The position numbers and the translations under genes are program-made. From an uncultured Bacteroidales bacterium (GTDB taxonomy: Bacteria > Bacteroidota > Bacteroidia > Bacteroidales > UBA1402), in assembly GCA_942493385.1 (NCBI GenBank), contig OW818699.1:1981550-2045549 (forward strand): a DNA stretch of 64,000 nt, given 5' to 3'. Of the stretch, positions 40,070 to 49,399 are shown one piece after another. Below the pieces are notes generated by a model. That model was not told the DNA's origin and did no database searches. It was given only the letters and a program-made list of their open reading frames with translations. Each line of letters opens with the position of its first letter. Position 1 is the stretch's first letter.

Positions 40070-41796
40070 TTGGAATTTTTTATTGGTATACTATTTTTCT
40101 CATTTTGAACGGTTGGCGTATAGGGCACCGTAAAATAAAAGCTGCTCCCTTTTCCGATTTCGGACTCCAACCAAATTTTACCTTTCAGAAGGTCAATCAA
40201 GCCCTTAACGATGGCAAGTCCCAAGCCAGTACCGCTCATATTATCCGTCTTCTCGATGTTAAGACGTGTGAAATAATCGAATATTTTCAGTTGCTTGTCC
40301 TTTGGTATGCCTTTGCCGGTGTCGGTCACAAAAAACACGATTTCACCCTTGTCATCTTCGAAACAACCAGCGTCGATTTTGCCTTCTTTGGTGAATTTGA
40401 AGGCGTTGGAAAGAAGTTGAACAAAAATTTCCTTCAATTTCCCAAAATCCGTTACGATTGTTATTTGTTTGCTGTCCGTTTTGGTATGAATGTATAAATC
40501 AATGTTTTCCTTACCGGAACGCATTTTGAATTTTTCAAATTGCACACTCAGCTCATCAAATAAAGCATCCAGATCACAGACATTGGATTGTATTTGTATA
40601 CTGCCAGAATTGATTCTTGACATGTCGATCATGCTGTTCACAATATCCAGCAAATCCTGACATCGATGGGAAATGATTTCGGTGCATTCCTTTAGCTGTT
40701 CTTTGTTGTCGAACTGTTCGGGCAAAATCTGTGAGAACCCCATGATGGCATTCATCGGTGTACGCATTTCGTGTGAGATGTTGGCCAGAAAGGCCGATTT
40801 AAGACGGTCCGATTCCTCAGCCCGAATCTTGGCTTTTTCAAGTTCTTCCTGTGTAAGGATTGACTTTTCAATGATTTCGGCTATTTGTACATATTCACCC
40901 CCATATTTTTTAAGCTTCGGAATAAGGATCTTGTTTCCGTTCAGGATGCTGCTAAGATATCGAAGGGGGTTGCCAATAAGGAAATACAAACTCAAAAATA
41001 CAATCAATAAGAACAAAAAGGCAGAAACGGAGTAAATCAGGATGACGTTCCTTGAAAATTCATCGTTCAGTTTCAAGTAGGGTGCAGGCCGGACGATTTT
41101 TAGATACGCCAATGTTTGGCCTGAATAACCGCTCAGTTTCTTATAAAATGTTACTGACTCATCGTTGAAGCCAATGGCTTTGCGCCTAGGAACAACGGTG
41201 AGTTCGGAGCCGCTTATCCGCTCCAACTCCTGCAAGAACTTCGTGTCCCAATATTTTATCATGAAAAAATAACCCTGAGGCTTGGTGAGCCGTTGCTGGT
41301 CGTTGGTCGGATGAATGGTTGCGGCGTACAAAATACCGATACGACCGCTTTCCTTGTCGAAAAAGTAGGCGTTCAGCAATCTTTTTCTGAAAAGGTCTTT
41401 CAGTAGTTGCTTGGCTTGCAGTATCAAAGCTGGAACCTGCTCTTGTTCGTTGGGGTAGGAGTAAATGACGGTTGAATCATCGGGAGCAATCAAAAAAACA
41501 TGATCGACGTCATAACTTCGAATGATGGTAGCCAGGTTTTCATCCGACCAAGCTTGATCACCAGTCTTCACAAAATCACACATGTCGTCCCAGTACGTGT
41601 AGTCGTCCACTTGTTGGGCATATCGGGAAGAACTGTTTTGCAATAAGCTTTCGATGGCCTGACCGTACTGATTGGTAGTGAGTTTCACCAAATCCCTCTG
41701 CTGTGTATTCTCCGTATGAAGCAAGAAAAACAAGGACATTCCCAAAAGGAATATCAATACAAGTACCAGGGACAGTATTTTGTAGGATGTTTTCAA
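40066..41796 (-). CDS. Membrane sensor histidine kinase with a periplasmic CHASE4 domain
   Basis: Two transmembrane segments; CHASE4 DYTYWDDMCDF; H-box FLANISHEMRTPMNAI; N/G boxes QLLSNAFKFT, DTGKGIP, GTGLGLAI, GKGSSF. Confidence 0.9.
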   Translation of the reverse strand: MKTSYKILSLVLVLIFLLGMSLFFLLHTENTQQRDLVKLTTNQYGQAIESLLQNSSSRYAQQVDDYTYWDDMCDFVKTGDQAWSDENLATIIRSYDVDHVFLIAPDDSTVIYSYPNEQEQVPALILQAKQLLKDLFRKRLLNAYFFDKESGRIGILYAATIHPTNDQQRLTKPQGYFFMIKYWDTKFLQELERISGSELTVVPRRKAIGFNDESVTFYKKLSGYSGQTLAYLKIVRPAPYLKLNDEFSRNVILIYSVSAFLFLLIVFLSLYFLIGNPLRYLSSILNGNKILIPKLKKYGGEYVQIAEIIEKSILTQEELEKAKIRAEESDRLKSAFLANISHEMRTPMNAIMGFSQILPEQFDNKEQLKECTEIISHRCQDLLDIVNSMIDMSRINSGSIQIQSNVCDLDALFDELSVQFEKFKMRSGKENIDLYIHTKTDSKQITIVTDFGKLKEIFVQLLSNAFKFTKEGKIDAGCFEDDKGEIVFFVTDTGKGIPKDKQLKIFDYFTRLNIEKTDNMSGTGLGLAIVKGLIDLLKGKIWLESEIGKGSSFYFTVPYTPTVQNEKNSIPIKNSN

Positions 41797-41805
41797 CTGG
41801 ATGGA

Positions 41806-43326
41806 TTATTGATGTTCTGGACGCAGCAAATCGTTGACCGTCTTCACCGGGTTGAAGGTAATAGCGGGCACTTCCACGAATATCGTATTCCAGTTGGACA
41901 TAGCTCCATTCCACAAACCAGGAAGTTCCAGCGCTTTCAGTTCCTTACCACCTTTGGATTTGTAGGAGATGAATGCTGTTTTGGGATCCACAAAATCCGT
42001 CAGTTTGAATTTTTCACCTTGATAATTGCGAAGGGCACAAACCAGATCCACCGGATTGAAGTGGGTGCCTTGTTCGAACATTGCTTTCTTCCGAGAATCG
42101 TTCAGGTCAATTTGTGTGCTCTCCAGTATTTGCAGTGAAATCGTACCGTCCGAATTGTAGGCCCAGAACGGTCCGCCACCGGGTTCGCCCTCGTTGCGAA
42201 CCATGCCGCAGACTCGAATAGGTCGGTTGAGCTTCTTAATCAAATAGATGGCTAGCTCGCTGTCTTCCAGGTTCTTAATTTCTGGGTTGCGGGTGCACAA
42301 ATCGTGTTGGACAAAATGAATGATTTCCAGCAACTGTTCCCTTTCGTAATGTCCGCCTTCCAATAAACGGATGGCTTCGAACACTTTTTTCTGGCGGGAA
42401 ATCAAAATGCCGGCAATTATTTTTTTATAACGCACGGTGGTGTCTTTCAGACGATCCGGTACGATGTTGTCGATGTTCTTGACGAAAACCACGTCACTGT
42501 CCAAATCGTTGAGGTTTTCAATCAAAGCGCCGTGACCTCCAGGGCGGAACAAAATCCGTCCATTCTCGCGGAAAGGGTTGTTATCGCTGTCAGCCGCTAC
42601 GGTGTCGGTGCTTGATTTCTGTTCGGAGAAGCTGATGTTTAGCCGAATGCCGTAGCCTTTTTCCACCGCTGGCGCCGAAGCGTTCACTTCTGCTTCAAAC
42701 AATGCCCTATGTTCCGGTGAGACGGTAAAATGGACATTGACCTGATTGGTGTTGGTTTTGGCATACAAGGCACCTTCCACCAAATGTTCCACCACGGCTT
42801 TGCGTTTTTCGTCACCATAGGCATGAAAACGCAGCAAGCCTTTGGGAAGGGAACCATAATTCAGGCCGCTGGGTAGGAGCAGATTCTGAATCACTGATTT
42901 ATAATCAGAGCCTTCGAACAAAGCATCGATGCCTTTTCCTGAATTCTTCAGACAGGCATCGTCAAGCTCCTTTGCAAATGCGAAGCGATGGATTTCAGCG
43001 AAAAATTTCGTCATGAACGCATTGGAAGGTTGGTCGGATGCTCCTTCCATGAATTCAAACAAGTCTTTGAACATGCGGCTGGCTGCCCCCGAGGCCGGAA
43101 CGAATTTTTGTACATTGTGGTCTTCGCCAAGGTATTGATCCCAAGCCTGTAAGGCATTATTTTCAGCTGTTTTGTCCAATTTGAGGATGCCATTTTCAAT
43201 GGAAGCGGATCCAGCCAGTTCCAGAAACGGGAAACCGGTTTTGAAATCATTCAATTGGTTTATAACCTGTTCTTTAGAGCTGTTTTTGGCTTTAAACTGG
43301 GCGAGGTCTTCAGTAGTGAACATCAT
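41806..43326 (-). CDS. DUF4301 family protein (nucleotidyltransferase-like fold)
   Basis: KFVPASGAASRMFK, RPGGHGALIENLN, FVKNIDN, GEPGGGPFW, THFNPVDLVC, ALELPGLWNGAM, FNPVKTVNDLL. Confidence 0.88.
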   Translation of the reverse strand: MMFTTEDLAQFKAKNSSKEQVINQLNDFKTGFPFLELAGSASIENGILKLDKTAENNALQAWDQYLGEDHNVQKFVPASGAASRMFKDLFEFMEGASDQPSNAFMTKFFAEIHRFAFAKELDDACLKNSGKGIDALFEGSDYKSVIQNLLLPSGLNYGSLPKGLLRFHAYGDEKRKAVVEHLVEGALYAKTNTNQVNVHFTVSPEHRALFEAEVNASAPAVEKGYGIRLNISFSEQKSSTDTVAADSDNNPFRENGRILFRPGGHGALIENLNDLDSDVVFVKNIDNIVPDRLKDTTVRYKKIIAGILISRQKKVFEAIRLLEGGHYEREQLLEIIHFVQHDLCTRNPEIKNLEDSELAIYLIKKLNRPIRVCGMVRNEGEPGGGPFWAYNSDGTISLQILESTQIDLNDSRKKAMFEQGTHFNPVDLVCALRNYQGEKFKLTDFVDPKTAFISYKSKGGKELKALELPGLWNGAMSNWNTIFVEVPAITFNPVKTVNDLLRPEHQ

Positions 43327-43351
43327 GTGGGTTGAGTTGTTGGTTGCCTTA

Positions 43352-43408
43352 CAAAGATAAAAATTCCCACTAAAATCCACTATTTTTCTGCTGAATATCG
43401 TACTTTTA
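43352..43408. promoter_or_regulatory. Divergent promoters for the DUF4301 operon (minus TATCTTTG, 43352-43359) and the RSH gene (plus TACTTTTA variant, 43401-43408)
   Basis: Exact and one-mismatch TAnnTTTG matches in a divergent gap. Confidence 0.6.
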
Positions 43409-43431
43409 CAGGTATCTTAATTGTTACTGAC

Positions 43432-45639
43432 ATGAATTTCTCCGATGAAGAACGGCTTCGATTGTTGAAGTTGTATCGCAAACTACTCCGACTGGTTCTG
43501 GACGAGACCACCCGTGGATTTATAAAAGATCTTCGGGTGCTCATGAAGCGTGCTACCGAAGCAGGTGTCTTTCAGCGGGTTGTGCCACAGATCAATCCTT
43601 TGGTCCGCAATCTTAACACCGCTTATGTTGTGGCCAGTGAAATGGGTTTGCGTCGTTCTTCGGTGATCAGCGCCATGCTTTATGACGTGATCATGTCCGG
43701 ATTTCTCACTGTCGATGAGGCAGAAAAAACATTCGGACCCTCCGTCGGTGGCATTCTTCGTGGCTTGACCAAAGCAAACGAACTTTACGACCGCAACACT
43801 GCGATCGAGACGGAGAACTTCAGGAACCTCTTGCTTTCCTTTGCACAGGACGGCCGTGTCATTCTAATCATGATAGCCGACCGACTCAACACGATGCGGG
43901 TGCTCAAATATTACTCACCCGAACATCAACAAAAAATAGCCCGCGAGGCATCCTACCTGTTCGCACCCTTGGCTCACCGCATGGGCTTGTATGCCATCAA
44001 AACGGAGTTGGAAGACCTTTCCATGAAGTTTACGCAAGCTGCAGTATATCAAGAGATTGCACGGAAACTTGATGAAACCAAGACATCACGTGAAGCGTAC
44101 ATCAAAAATTTTGTCGAACCCATCAAGAAGCGCATCGGTGAATCGACGGAGTTGAAATTCGAGATCAAAGGCCGAACCAAATCCATCAGTTCCATCTGGA
44201 ACAAACTCAAGAAGCAGAAAATTCCGTTCGAAGACATCTACGATTTGTTTGCCATTCGATTGATAATCGATTGCGAAAAGGAGCAGGAAAAATCGGCTTG
44301 TTGGCAGGCATATTCCATCGTCACCGACATGCATACGCCCAACACGTCGCGCCTCAAGGACTGGATTTCCATCCCAAAAAGCAACGGCTACGAATCCTTG
44401 CACATTACTGTGATGGGGCAGGAGGGCAAATGGGTCGAAGTGCAGATCCGTACCCGCCGCATGGACGAAATTGCCGAACGCGGCTTGGCTGCGCACTGGA
44501 AATACAAAGGGATCAAGAGTGAAAACGGACTGGACGAAATGCTGAACCGCATCCGTGAAATCCTCGAATCGGCTGAAACGACTTCTGCAGGACTGATGGA
44601 CGATTTCAAGATGAACCTGTATGAGCACGAGATCTACGTGTTCTCACCCAAAGGGGAACTGTATAAACTGCCAAAAGGAGCTACTGTACTTGATTTTGCC
44701 TACAGCATCCACACGAATCTGGGCAACAAATGCGTCGGTGCGAAAGTGGACGGAAAGAACGTCCCCATCCGTTATGAGCTTAAAAGCGGCGACCAGGTGG
44801 AAATCCAGACCGGTTCCAACCAAACACCCAAGCAAGACTGGATCAATTATGTAGTTACTTCCAAGGCACGAAATAAGATCAAGCAGACCTTGAAGGAGGC
44901 TGAGCTCAAGCAAGCGGAATTCGGCAAGGAAAACCTGAAGCGGCGAATGAAGAACCGCAAGATCGAGTACGATGAGGGTATTTTGATGCGCGTCATCAAA
45001 AAGCTGAAATTCAAGACGGTTACGGAGTTTTATGCTGCGCTGGGAGCAGAACACCTGGAAATGACTCAGGTTCTGGAAATGTTTCTGGAGTTCGAAAAGG
45101 CTGAAAAAACCGTCAACGAGCCATCTGAGGCGCGTTCAGCAGAGACGTACGTGGTAGAAGTGGCGGAAGAAGTTCAGCATTCCAGAGAAGACGTCCTACT
45201 CATTGACCAGCAACTCAAAGGCATCGATTTCAAATTGGCCAAATGTTGCAACCCGATTTATGGGGATGAGGTGTTTGGCTTCGTTTCTGCTGCGGGAGGC
45301 TTCAAGATTCACCGAACCGATTGCCCGAATGCGCCAAGCATGCTTGACCGTTTTGGCTACCGGGTGGTCAAAGCCAAATGGGCAGGCAAGGCTGAAGGCT
45401 CGAATTATCCCACGACGTTGTACGTGGTTGGTCTCGACGACATCGGCATTGTGACCAACATCACGTCCATGATTTCCAAGGAACCGGGTGTAAGCTTGCG
45501 TTCCATCAGCATCGATTCCACGGATGGTTTGTTCCATGGGCAGTTGACTGTCAATGTGAGTGATACGCGCCAGCTGAATGGACTTATAAAGAAAATCCAG
45601 ACTGTTAAGGGGGTCAAACAAGTAAACCGCACAATTTAA
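43432..45639 (+). CDS. relA: Long RelA/SpoT homologue, (p)ppGpp synthetase with a degenerate HD hydrolase motif, plus TGS and ACT domains
   Basis: FAPLAHRMGL, GRTKSISSIWNK, DLFAIR, NGYESLH, EVQIRT, AAHWKYK, TGS (ATVLDFAYSIH), AKCCNP, ACT. Confidence 0.92.
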   Translation: MNFSDEERLRLLKLYRKLLRLVLDETTRGFIKDLRVLMKRATEAGVFQRVVPQINPLVRNLNTAYVVASEMGLRRSSVISAMLYDVIMSGFLTVDEAEKTFGPSVGGILRGLTKANELYDRNTAIETENFRNLLLSFAQDGRVILIMIADRLNTMRVLKYYSPEHQQKIAREASYLFAPLAHRMGLYAIKTELEDLSMKFTQAAVYQEIARKLDETKTSREAYIKNFVEPIKKRIGESTELKFEIKGRTKSISSIWNKLKKQKIPFEDIYDLFAIRLIIDCEKEQEKSACWQAYSIVTDMHTPNTSRLKDWISIPKSNGYESLHITVMGQEGKWVEVQIRTRRMDEIAERGLAAHWKYKGIKSENGLDEMLNRIREILESAETTSAGLMDDFKMNLYEHEIYVFSPKGELYKLPKGATVLDFAYSIHTNLGNKCVGAKVDGKNVPIRYELKSGDQVEIQTGSNQTPKQDWINYVVTSKARNKIKQTLKEAELKQAEFGKENLKRRMKNRKIEYDEGILMRVIKKLKFKTVTEFYAALGAEHLEMTQVLEMFLEFEKAEKTVNEPSEARSAETYVVEVAEEVQHSREDVLLIDQQLKGIDFKLAKCCNPIYGDEVFGFVSAAGGFKIHRTDCPNAPSMLDRFGYRVVKAKWAGKAEGSNYPTTLYVVGLDDIGIVTNITSMISKEPGVSLRSISIDSTDGLFHGQLTVNVSDTRQLNGLIKKIQTVKGVKQVNRTI

Positions 45640-47015
45640 AACTCCGAAATGAGGGGTTTGTTATCAAGCCAGGCGGCCATGTTTAAGACTAATAAATTCC
45701 AGTTTTGGAAGCCTTTGTTGAGGACGGGTTCGCCGTTTTCGGGCAGGTAGTATTCGTGGAGGGCACCGAAACGTTCGTAGTCACGTCCAAGTAGCAAGAT
45801 GGTTTTTTCGGCGAGTTCCTTCGCTTCTGCTTTGTATCCATATTTTATCAATCCTCTGAATACCAAGTAGTTTACATTTATCCAGATGGGTCCGTTCCAG
45901 GAGGAAGGATTACCGCTGGCTCGCAGGTCGTACATTTTTTCCAACGGAGAAAGTGAACGAATGCCGGCAGGTGAATTAAAGGAAGTGGTATCGTGAAATT
46001 GTTTGGCGACGATTTGTGCGGCTTGCTCCGGTGTGGCGATGCCTGACCATAGTGCCATGAAACCGCTCCATACGCTAAAGCGCTGAATCAGGCAATTGTA
46101 GCCGCGGGGCTGACCGGTATGGAAAAAGAATTTTCCGGGTTGCAGGCTGTCCAATTCGGGTTTTTCCACCGGGCGTAAGTTCAAATCAACACTGTAGTAA
46201 AAACCGTCCCGTTGGTCCCAGCAATGTTCACGGACGCTTGCTAAGAGCTTTGAAGCCTCACTTCGGTACTTGGCGGCGATTTCGGGCATTTTTAACTGGA
46301 TGGCCAAGTAATCCATGGCCATTAATTCCTTGTACATGAGCGCATTCAGAAATATGGAACCAGAACTGCCGTCAGGACGGTAAAACGTACTTGGGTCGGT
46401 ATCCACGCCGATGGCCTGGTCGTTTTGCCAATACATCAGACCGGTGGATTGATTTCGGTGAAAATTAAGGTACAGGTTTTCAAATGCTTGCAAGGTATAG
46501 AAATCTTCCCGCAACCATTCGGCGTCGCCGTTCGTGTTTTTTACGATGAAGGCCGCATGTTGAGCTAATGTCGGTTTGTGCATGTTGCTCTTCCAAAGGT
46601 TCTTGCCTTTGAGCATTTCTCCCCTGGATGGTGCGTTGCGTTCGATCCAGATGGGAATCCAACCGTCCATGCCACCGTAACTCAGCGCGTTCAGCACACA
46701 ACCTTGCTCGTATTTCAGCGCTTGTTGGCTGTCTTTTTCCGTGCCTTTTTCAAGCAGGATCTGCCTTAAGGCTATATTGCTTAGCCAGGAATCCCAGTCC
46801 CAGAGCATATCCAAATATTGGCTGCTGCCTGGTGCAAGAAACGGAAATTTCAAAGATCCGCCCGGCTCCCGATACATTCCTTTCATGTCCTTGTAAATCT
46901 GATCCCTACAGATTTTCTTGTATTTATCGACGTTGGCTTGGGTTCGGGCCGGCATTTGTGCGGTCAACGACAGCGCAAAACTCGTCATTACTAAGATGAT
47001 CAGTACTTTTTTCAT
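45636..47015 (-). CDS. Secreted six-hairpin glycosidase, GH63/GH37 (MGH1/trehalase)-like
   Basis: Signal peptide; LWDWDSW, IGVDTDP, SIFLNALMYKEL, WNGPIWINVNYL, LHEYYLPENG. Confidence 0.8.
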   Translation of the reverse strand: MKKVLIILVMTSFALSLTAQMPARTQANVDKYKKICRDQIYKDMKGMYREPGGSLKFPFLAPGSSQYLDMLWDWDSWLSNIALRQILLEKGTEKDSQQALKYEQGCVLNALSYGGMDGWIPIWIERNAPSRGEMLKGKNLWKSNMHKPTLAQHAAFIVKNTNGDAEWLREDFYTLQAFENLYLNFHRNQSTGLMYWQNDQAIGVDTDPSTFYRPDGSSGSIFLNALMYKELMAMDYLAIQLKMPEIAAKYRSEASKLLASVREHCWDQRDGFYYSVDLNLRPVEKPELDSLQPGKFFFHTGQPRGYNCLIQRFSVWSGFMALWSGIATPEQAAQIVAKQFHDTTSFNSPAGIRSLSPLEKMYDLRASGNPSSWNGPIWINVNYLVFRGLIKYGYKAEAKELAEKTILLLGRDYERFGALHEYYLPENGEPVLNKGFQNWNLLVLNMAAWLDNKPLISEF

Positions 47016-47018
47016 GGT

Positions 47019-47729
47019 TTACATTTCTCCTTTCAGAAAGGCTAGTCGTTGATTTTCTGGGTATTTTTCAATGGCATATCGCAACATGGTGCGGGGCATG
47101 GTTTTGTATCGGTCATTTTCGAGTAGGAATTCCGTTTCGACCAAGAAATTTCGTTTGCCCATCTCGCGAAGCATCCAGCCGACGGCCTTGTGAATGAGGT
47201 CGTGCTTGTGGTTGAGCAAGATCTTTGAAATGTTCATGCAATCCTCATAATCGTCTTTCTTTAGAAGCGTATACGTGGAAACGATGGAAATGCGCTGCTC
47301 CCACAAATTGCTGCTTACAGCCAAATCATACAACGGTTTACGGTCCTTGTCCAACAACCAGCCGCCAACGATGTGGTGGCAAGTGACATCCACCAAATCC
47401 CAGTTGTTGAAATGAGGGGCATGGTTTATGTAAAACTCATAAATCGCCTGTTTTTCGGCATTCGAACCCTTTTTGAAAAGGTTGACCAACAAAATACCGG
47501 CAGCCAGTCTCACTTCGTGTACCGGATCGATAAGCAACAACTCGATTTCCTCCAACGGCATTTTCGGAAACTTGGCTGCTATGCTGCGGGTTTCAGGAAC
47601 CGACAATCCCCAAAAAATATCACCTTCACCGTACTGACCGGGCCCAGTCTTGAAAAATCGTTGCAGAAAATAGCCCTTTTCAGGATTTCTTTTGCGCTTC
47701 AGTTCTTCGCGCAGATCGGTAGCTGTCAT
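47019..47729 (-). CDS. alkD: DNA alkylation repair protein, AlkD family
   Basis: FFKTGPGQYGEGDIF, HEVRLAA, NNWDLVD, HDLIHKAVGWMLREMGK, MPRTMLRYAIEK. Confidence 0.9.
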   Translation of the reverse strand: MTATDLREELKRKRNPEKGYFLQRFFKTGPGQYGEGDIFWGLSVPETRSIAAKFPKMPLEEIELLLIDPVHEVRLAAGILLVNLFKKGSNAEKQAIYEFYINHAPHFNNWDLVDVTCHHIVGGWLLDKDRKPLYDLAVSSNLWEQRISIVSTYTLLKKDDYEDCMNISKILLNHKHDLIHKAVGWMLREMGKRNFLVETEFLLENDRYKTMPRTMLRYAIEKYPENQRLAFLKGEM

Positions 47730-48211
47730 GGTATCAGGTGTTTTTCAGTGTTCTCTTCTTTCTTGGACGAATTCGTGAAAAGACCGGTCAGGGTACTCCG
47801 CAGGGATTTGTCCTGCTCCATTTTTTCCATGTCGCTCAAGTAAATGTCCAAGGCGCGGATTGATATTTGAATTTCACGTATGGAAATGCCCAGCGAACAA
47901 ATCAAGAGTACCAATGCCAATCCAAAAATCCATGCGGCAATAGCCTGTAAACCAATATAAATGGCAAACATGGTCACCACGCAAAGCAACAAACTTCCCA
48001 CGCCCAACCATTGCATGTTACGGGTCAATGTGAGGCGTTTCCTAAGGTTGGTTATTTGTGCGGCAGTGAGCGCGTCCGGATTCTCCAAGTATTTGTCTTT
48101 TAACGTCCTAACCAATTGAGCGTAGGAGAGGAAGCGGTTAGTGTACGCCAGCATCAACAAAGAGATGGCAGAAAAAAGAAAAGTTGGTGTTATTAAAGTA
48201 ATTTCCTGCAT
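47726..48211 (-). CDS. DUF2721-family membrane protein
   Basis: TPTFLFSAISLLMLAYTNRF, QITNLRKRL, three hydrophobic segments, EIQISIRAL. Confidence 0.8.
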   Translation of the reverse strand: MQEITLITPTFLFSAISLLMLAYTNRFLSYAQLVRTLKDKYLENPDALTAAQITNLRKRLTLTRNMQWLGVGSLLLCVVTMFAIYIGLQAIAAWIFGLALVLLICSLGISIREIQISIRALDIYLSDMEKMEQDKSLRSTLTGLFTNSSKKEENTEKHLIP

Positions 48212-48238
48212 GGTTGGAAGGTTAAGACAGTTGTTCAG

Positions 48239-48277
48239 CAAAAGTAGCATTAATCTGATTTTTTGACTGTACTTTTG
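48239..48277. promoter_or_regulatory. Divergent promoter pair (DUF2721 operon / menA)
   Basis: CAAAAGTA at 48239-48246 and TACTTTTG at 48270-48277. Confidence 0.75.
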
Positions 48278-48291
48278 CAGAAAAATATCCC

Positions 48292-49179
48292 ATGACCGAC
48301 GTCAAACAAAATTCCGTCAAAGCCTGGCTGCTCGCCGCCCGCCCCAAAACCCTGGCCGCCGGTTCAGTTCCGGTACTGGTGGCTTCCAGTCTGGCTGTGC
48401 ATTTCGGCCGTTTTCAATGGATACCTGCCTTGCTTTGCCTGCTGTTTGCCTTACTGGCTCAAATTGCCTCCAATTTCAGCAACGATTACTTCGATTTTGT
48501 CAAGAAAACTGACAACGAACATCGGTTGGGTCCTGCCCGTGCAGTGGCATCCGGCTGGATAGCACCGCGTCAAATGTTGATTGGCACGCTGATGGTCATC
48601 ACGATGGCCTGTCTGTTCGGCCTCGGGTTGATATATTTCGGTGGTTGGGAAATGATTCTGGTCGGCATTTGCTGCGTATTGGCTTTGCTTGCCTATACAG
48701 CAGGTCCCTGGCCCTTGGCCTACAACGGTTTGGGCGATTTGTTCGTATTGACTTTTTTTGGTTTCGTCGCGGTTGTCTTTTCCTTTTACGTGCAAACGTT
48801 GTCGTTTGAGCCCTTGGTCTTCTTGGCTGGAGCCGTTGTCGGCTTGCCTGCAGTCAACATCTTGGTGCTCAATAACTACCGTGATCGTGATAACGACGCG
48901 GCCTGCAGAAAGCGCACTACAATCGTCCTAATCGGCGAAGCCTTCGGCCGCTATTTTTACCTGCTGAACGGTATCTTGGCAGTTCTTCTGTGCCTATTCT
49001 TTTTGAAGGAAGCACTCTGGGCAGCGGTTTTGCCTTTTCTATACCTGTTTCCTCATTACCAGACCTGGCGTAAAATGTGTCGGATCCGGGAGGGCAAAGC
49101 GTTGAACGCCCTGTTGGGAGAAACCGCCCGCAATCTGTTGGTTTTGGGGCTTTTGTTTTCGATTGGATTACTGATTTAA
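48292..49179 (+). CDS. menA: 1,4-dihydroxy-2-naphthoate polyprenyltransferase
   Basis: WLLAARPKTL, NFSNDYFDF..TD..R.GP, YTAGPWPLAYNGLGD, NNYRDRDND..CRKRT. Confidence 0.95.
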   Translation: MTDVKQNSVKAWLLAARPKTLAAGSVPVLVASSLAVHFGRFQWIPALLCLLFALLAQIASNFSNDYFDFVKKTDNEHRLGPARAVASGWIAPRQMLIGTLMVITMACLFGLGLIYFGGWEMILVGICCVLALLAYTAGPWPLAYNGLGDLFVLTFFGFVAVVFSFYVQTLSFEPLVFLAGAVVGLPAVNILVLNNYRDRDNDAACRKRTTIVLIGEAFGRYFYLLNGILAVLLCLFFLKEALWAAVLPFLYLFPHYQTWRKMCRIREGKALNALLGETARNLLVLGLLFSIGLLI

Positions 49180-49260
49180 TCAGAGGTTTGACCTATGCGA
49201 TTTGGTTTTAATGGACAGCTGGATTCGCATTTCTATAAAAATACACTTCTTGAAAAGTGA

Positions 49261-49329
49261 TTTCAAATTATCGCTACCTGAATAGTATTTAGACTTTCTA
49301 ATTGCTATTCAGGTAGCGATAATTTGAAA
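49261..49329. repeat. Perfect 25-bp inverted repeat (long hairpin) between convergent genes
   Basis: TTTCAAATTATCGCTACCTGAATAG (49261-49285) is the exact reverse complement of 49305-49329; the 19-nt spacer adds a TTAGA/TCTAA mini-stem. Confidence 0.9.
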
Positions 49330-49399
49330 CGTTGTTTTTAACAATGGAAATTACATATTCCTTAGACTCTCAAATACTTCCAGAGACTCCTGCCTCCGC

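Noticed and set aside
49261-49330. CRISPR repeat or tracrRNA, because the right arm ends in ...TTTGAAAC
   Set aside because: There are only two inverted copies, no direct repeats with spacers, and no cas genes in the window.
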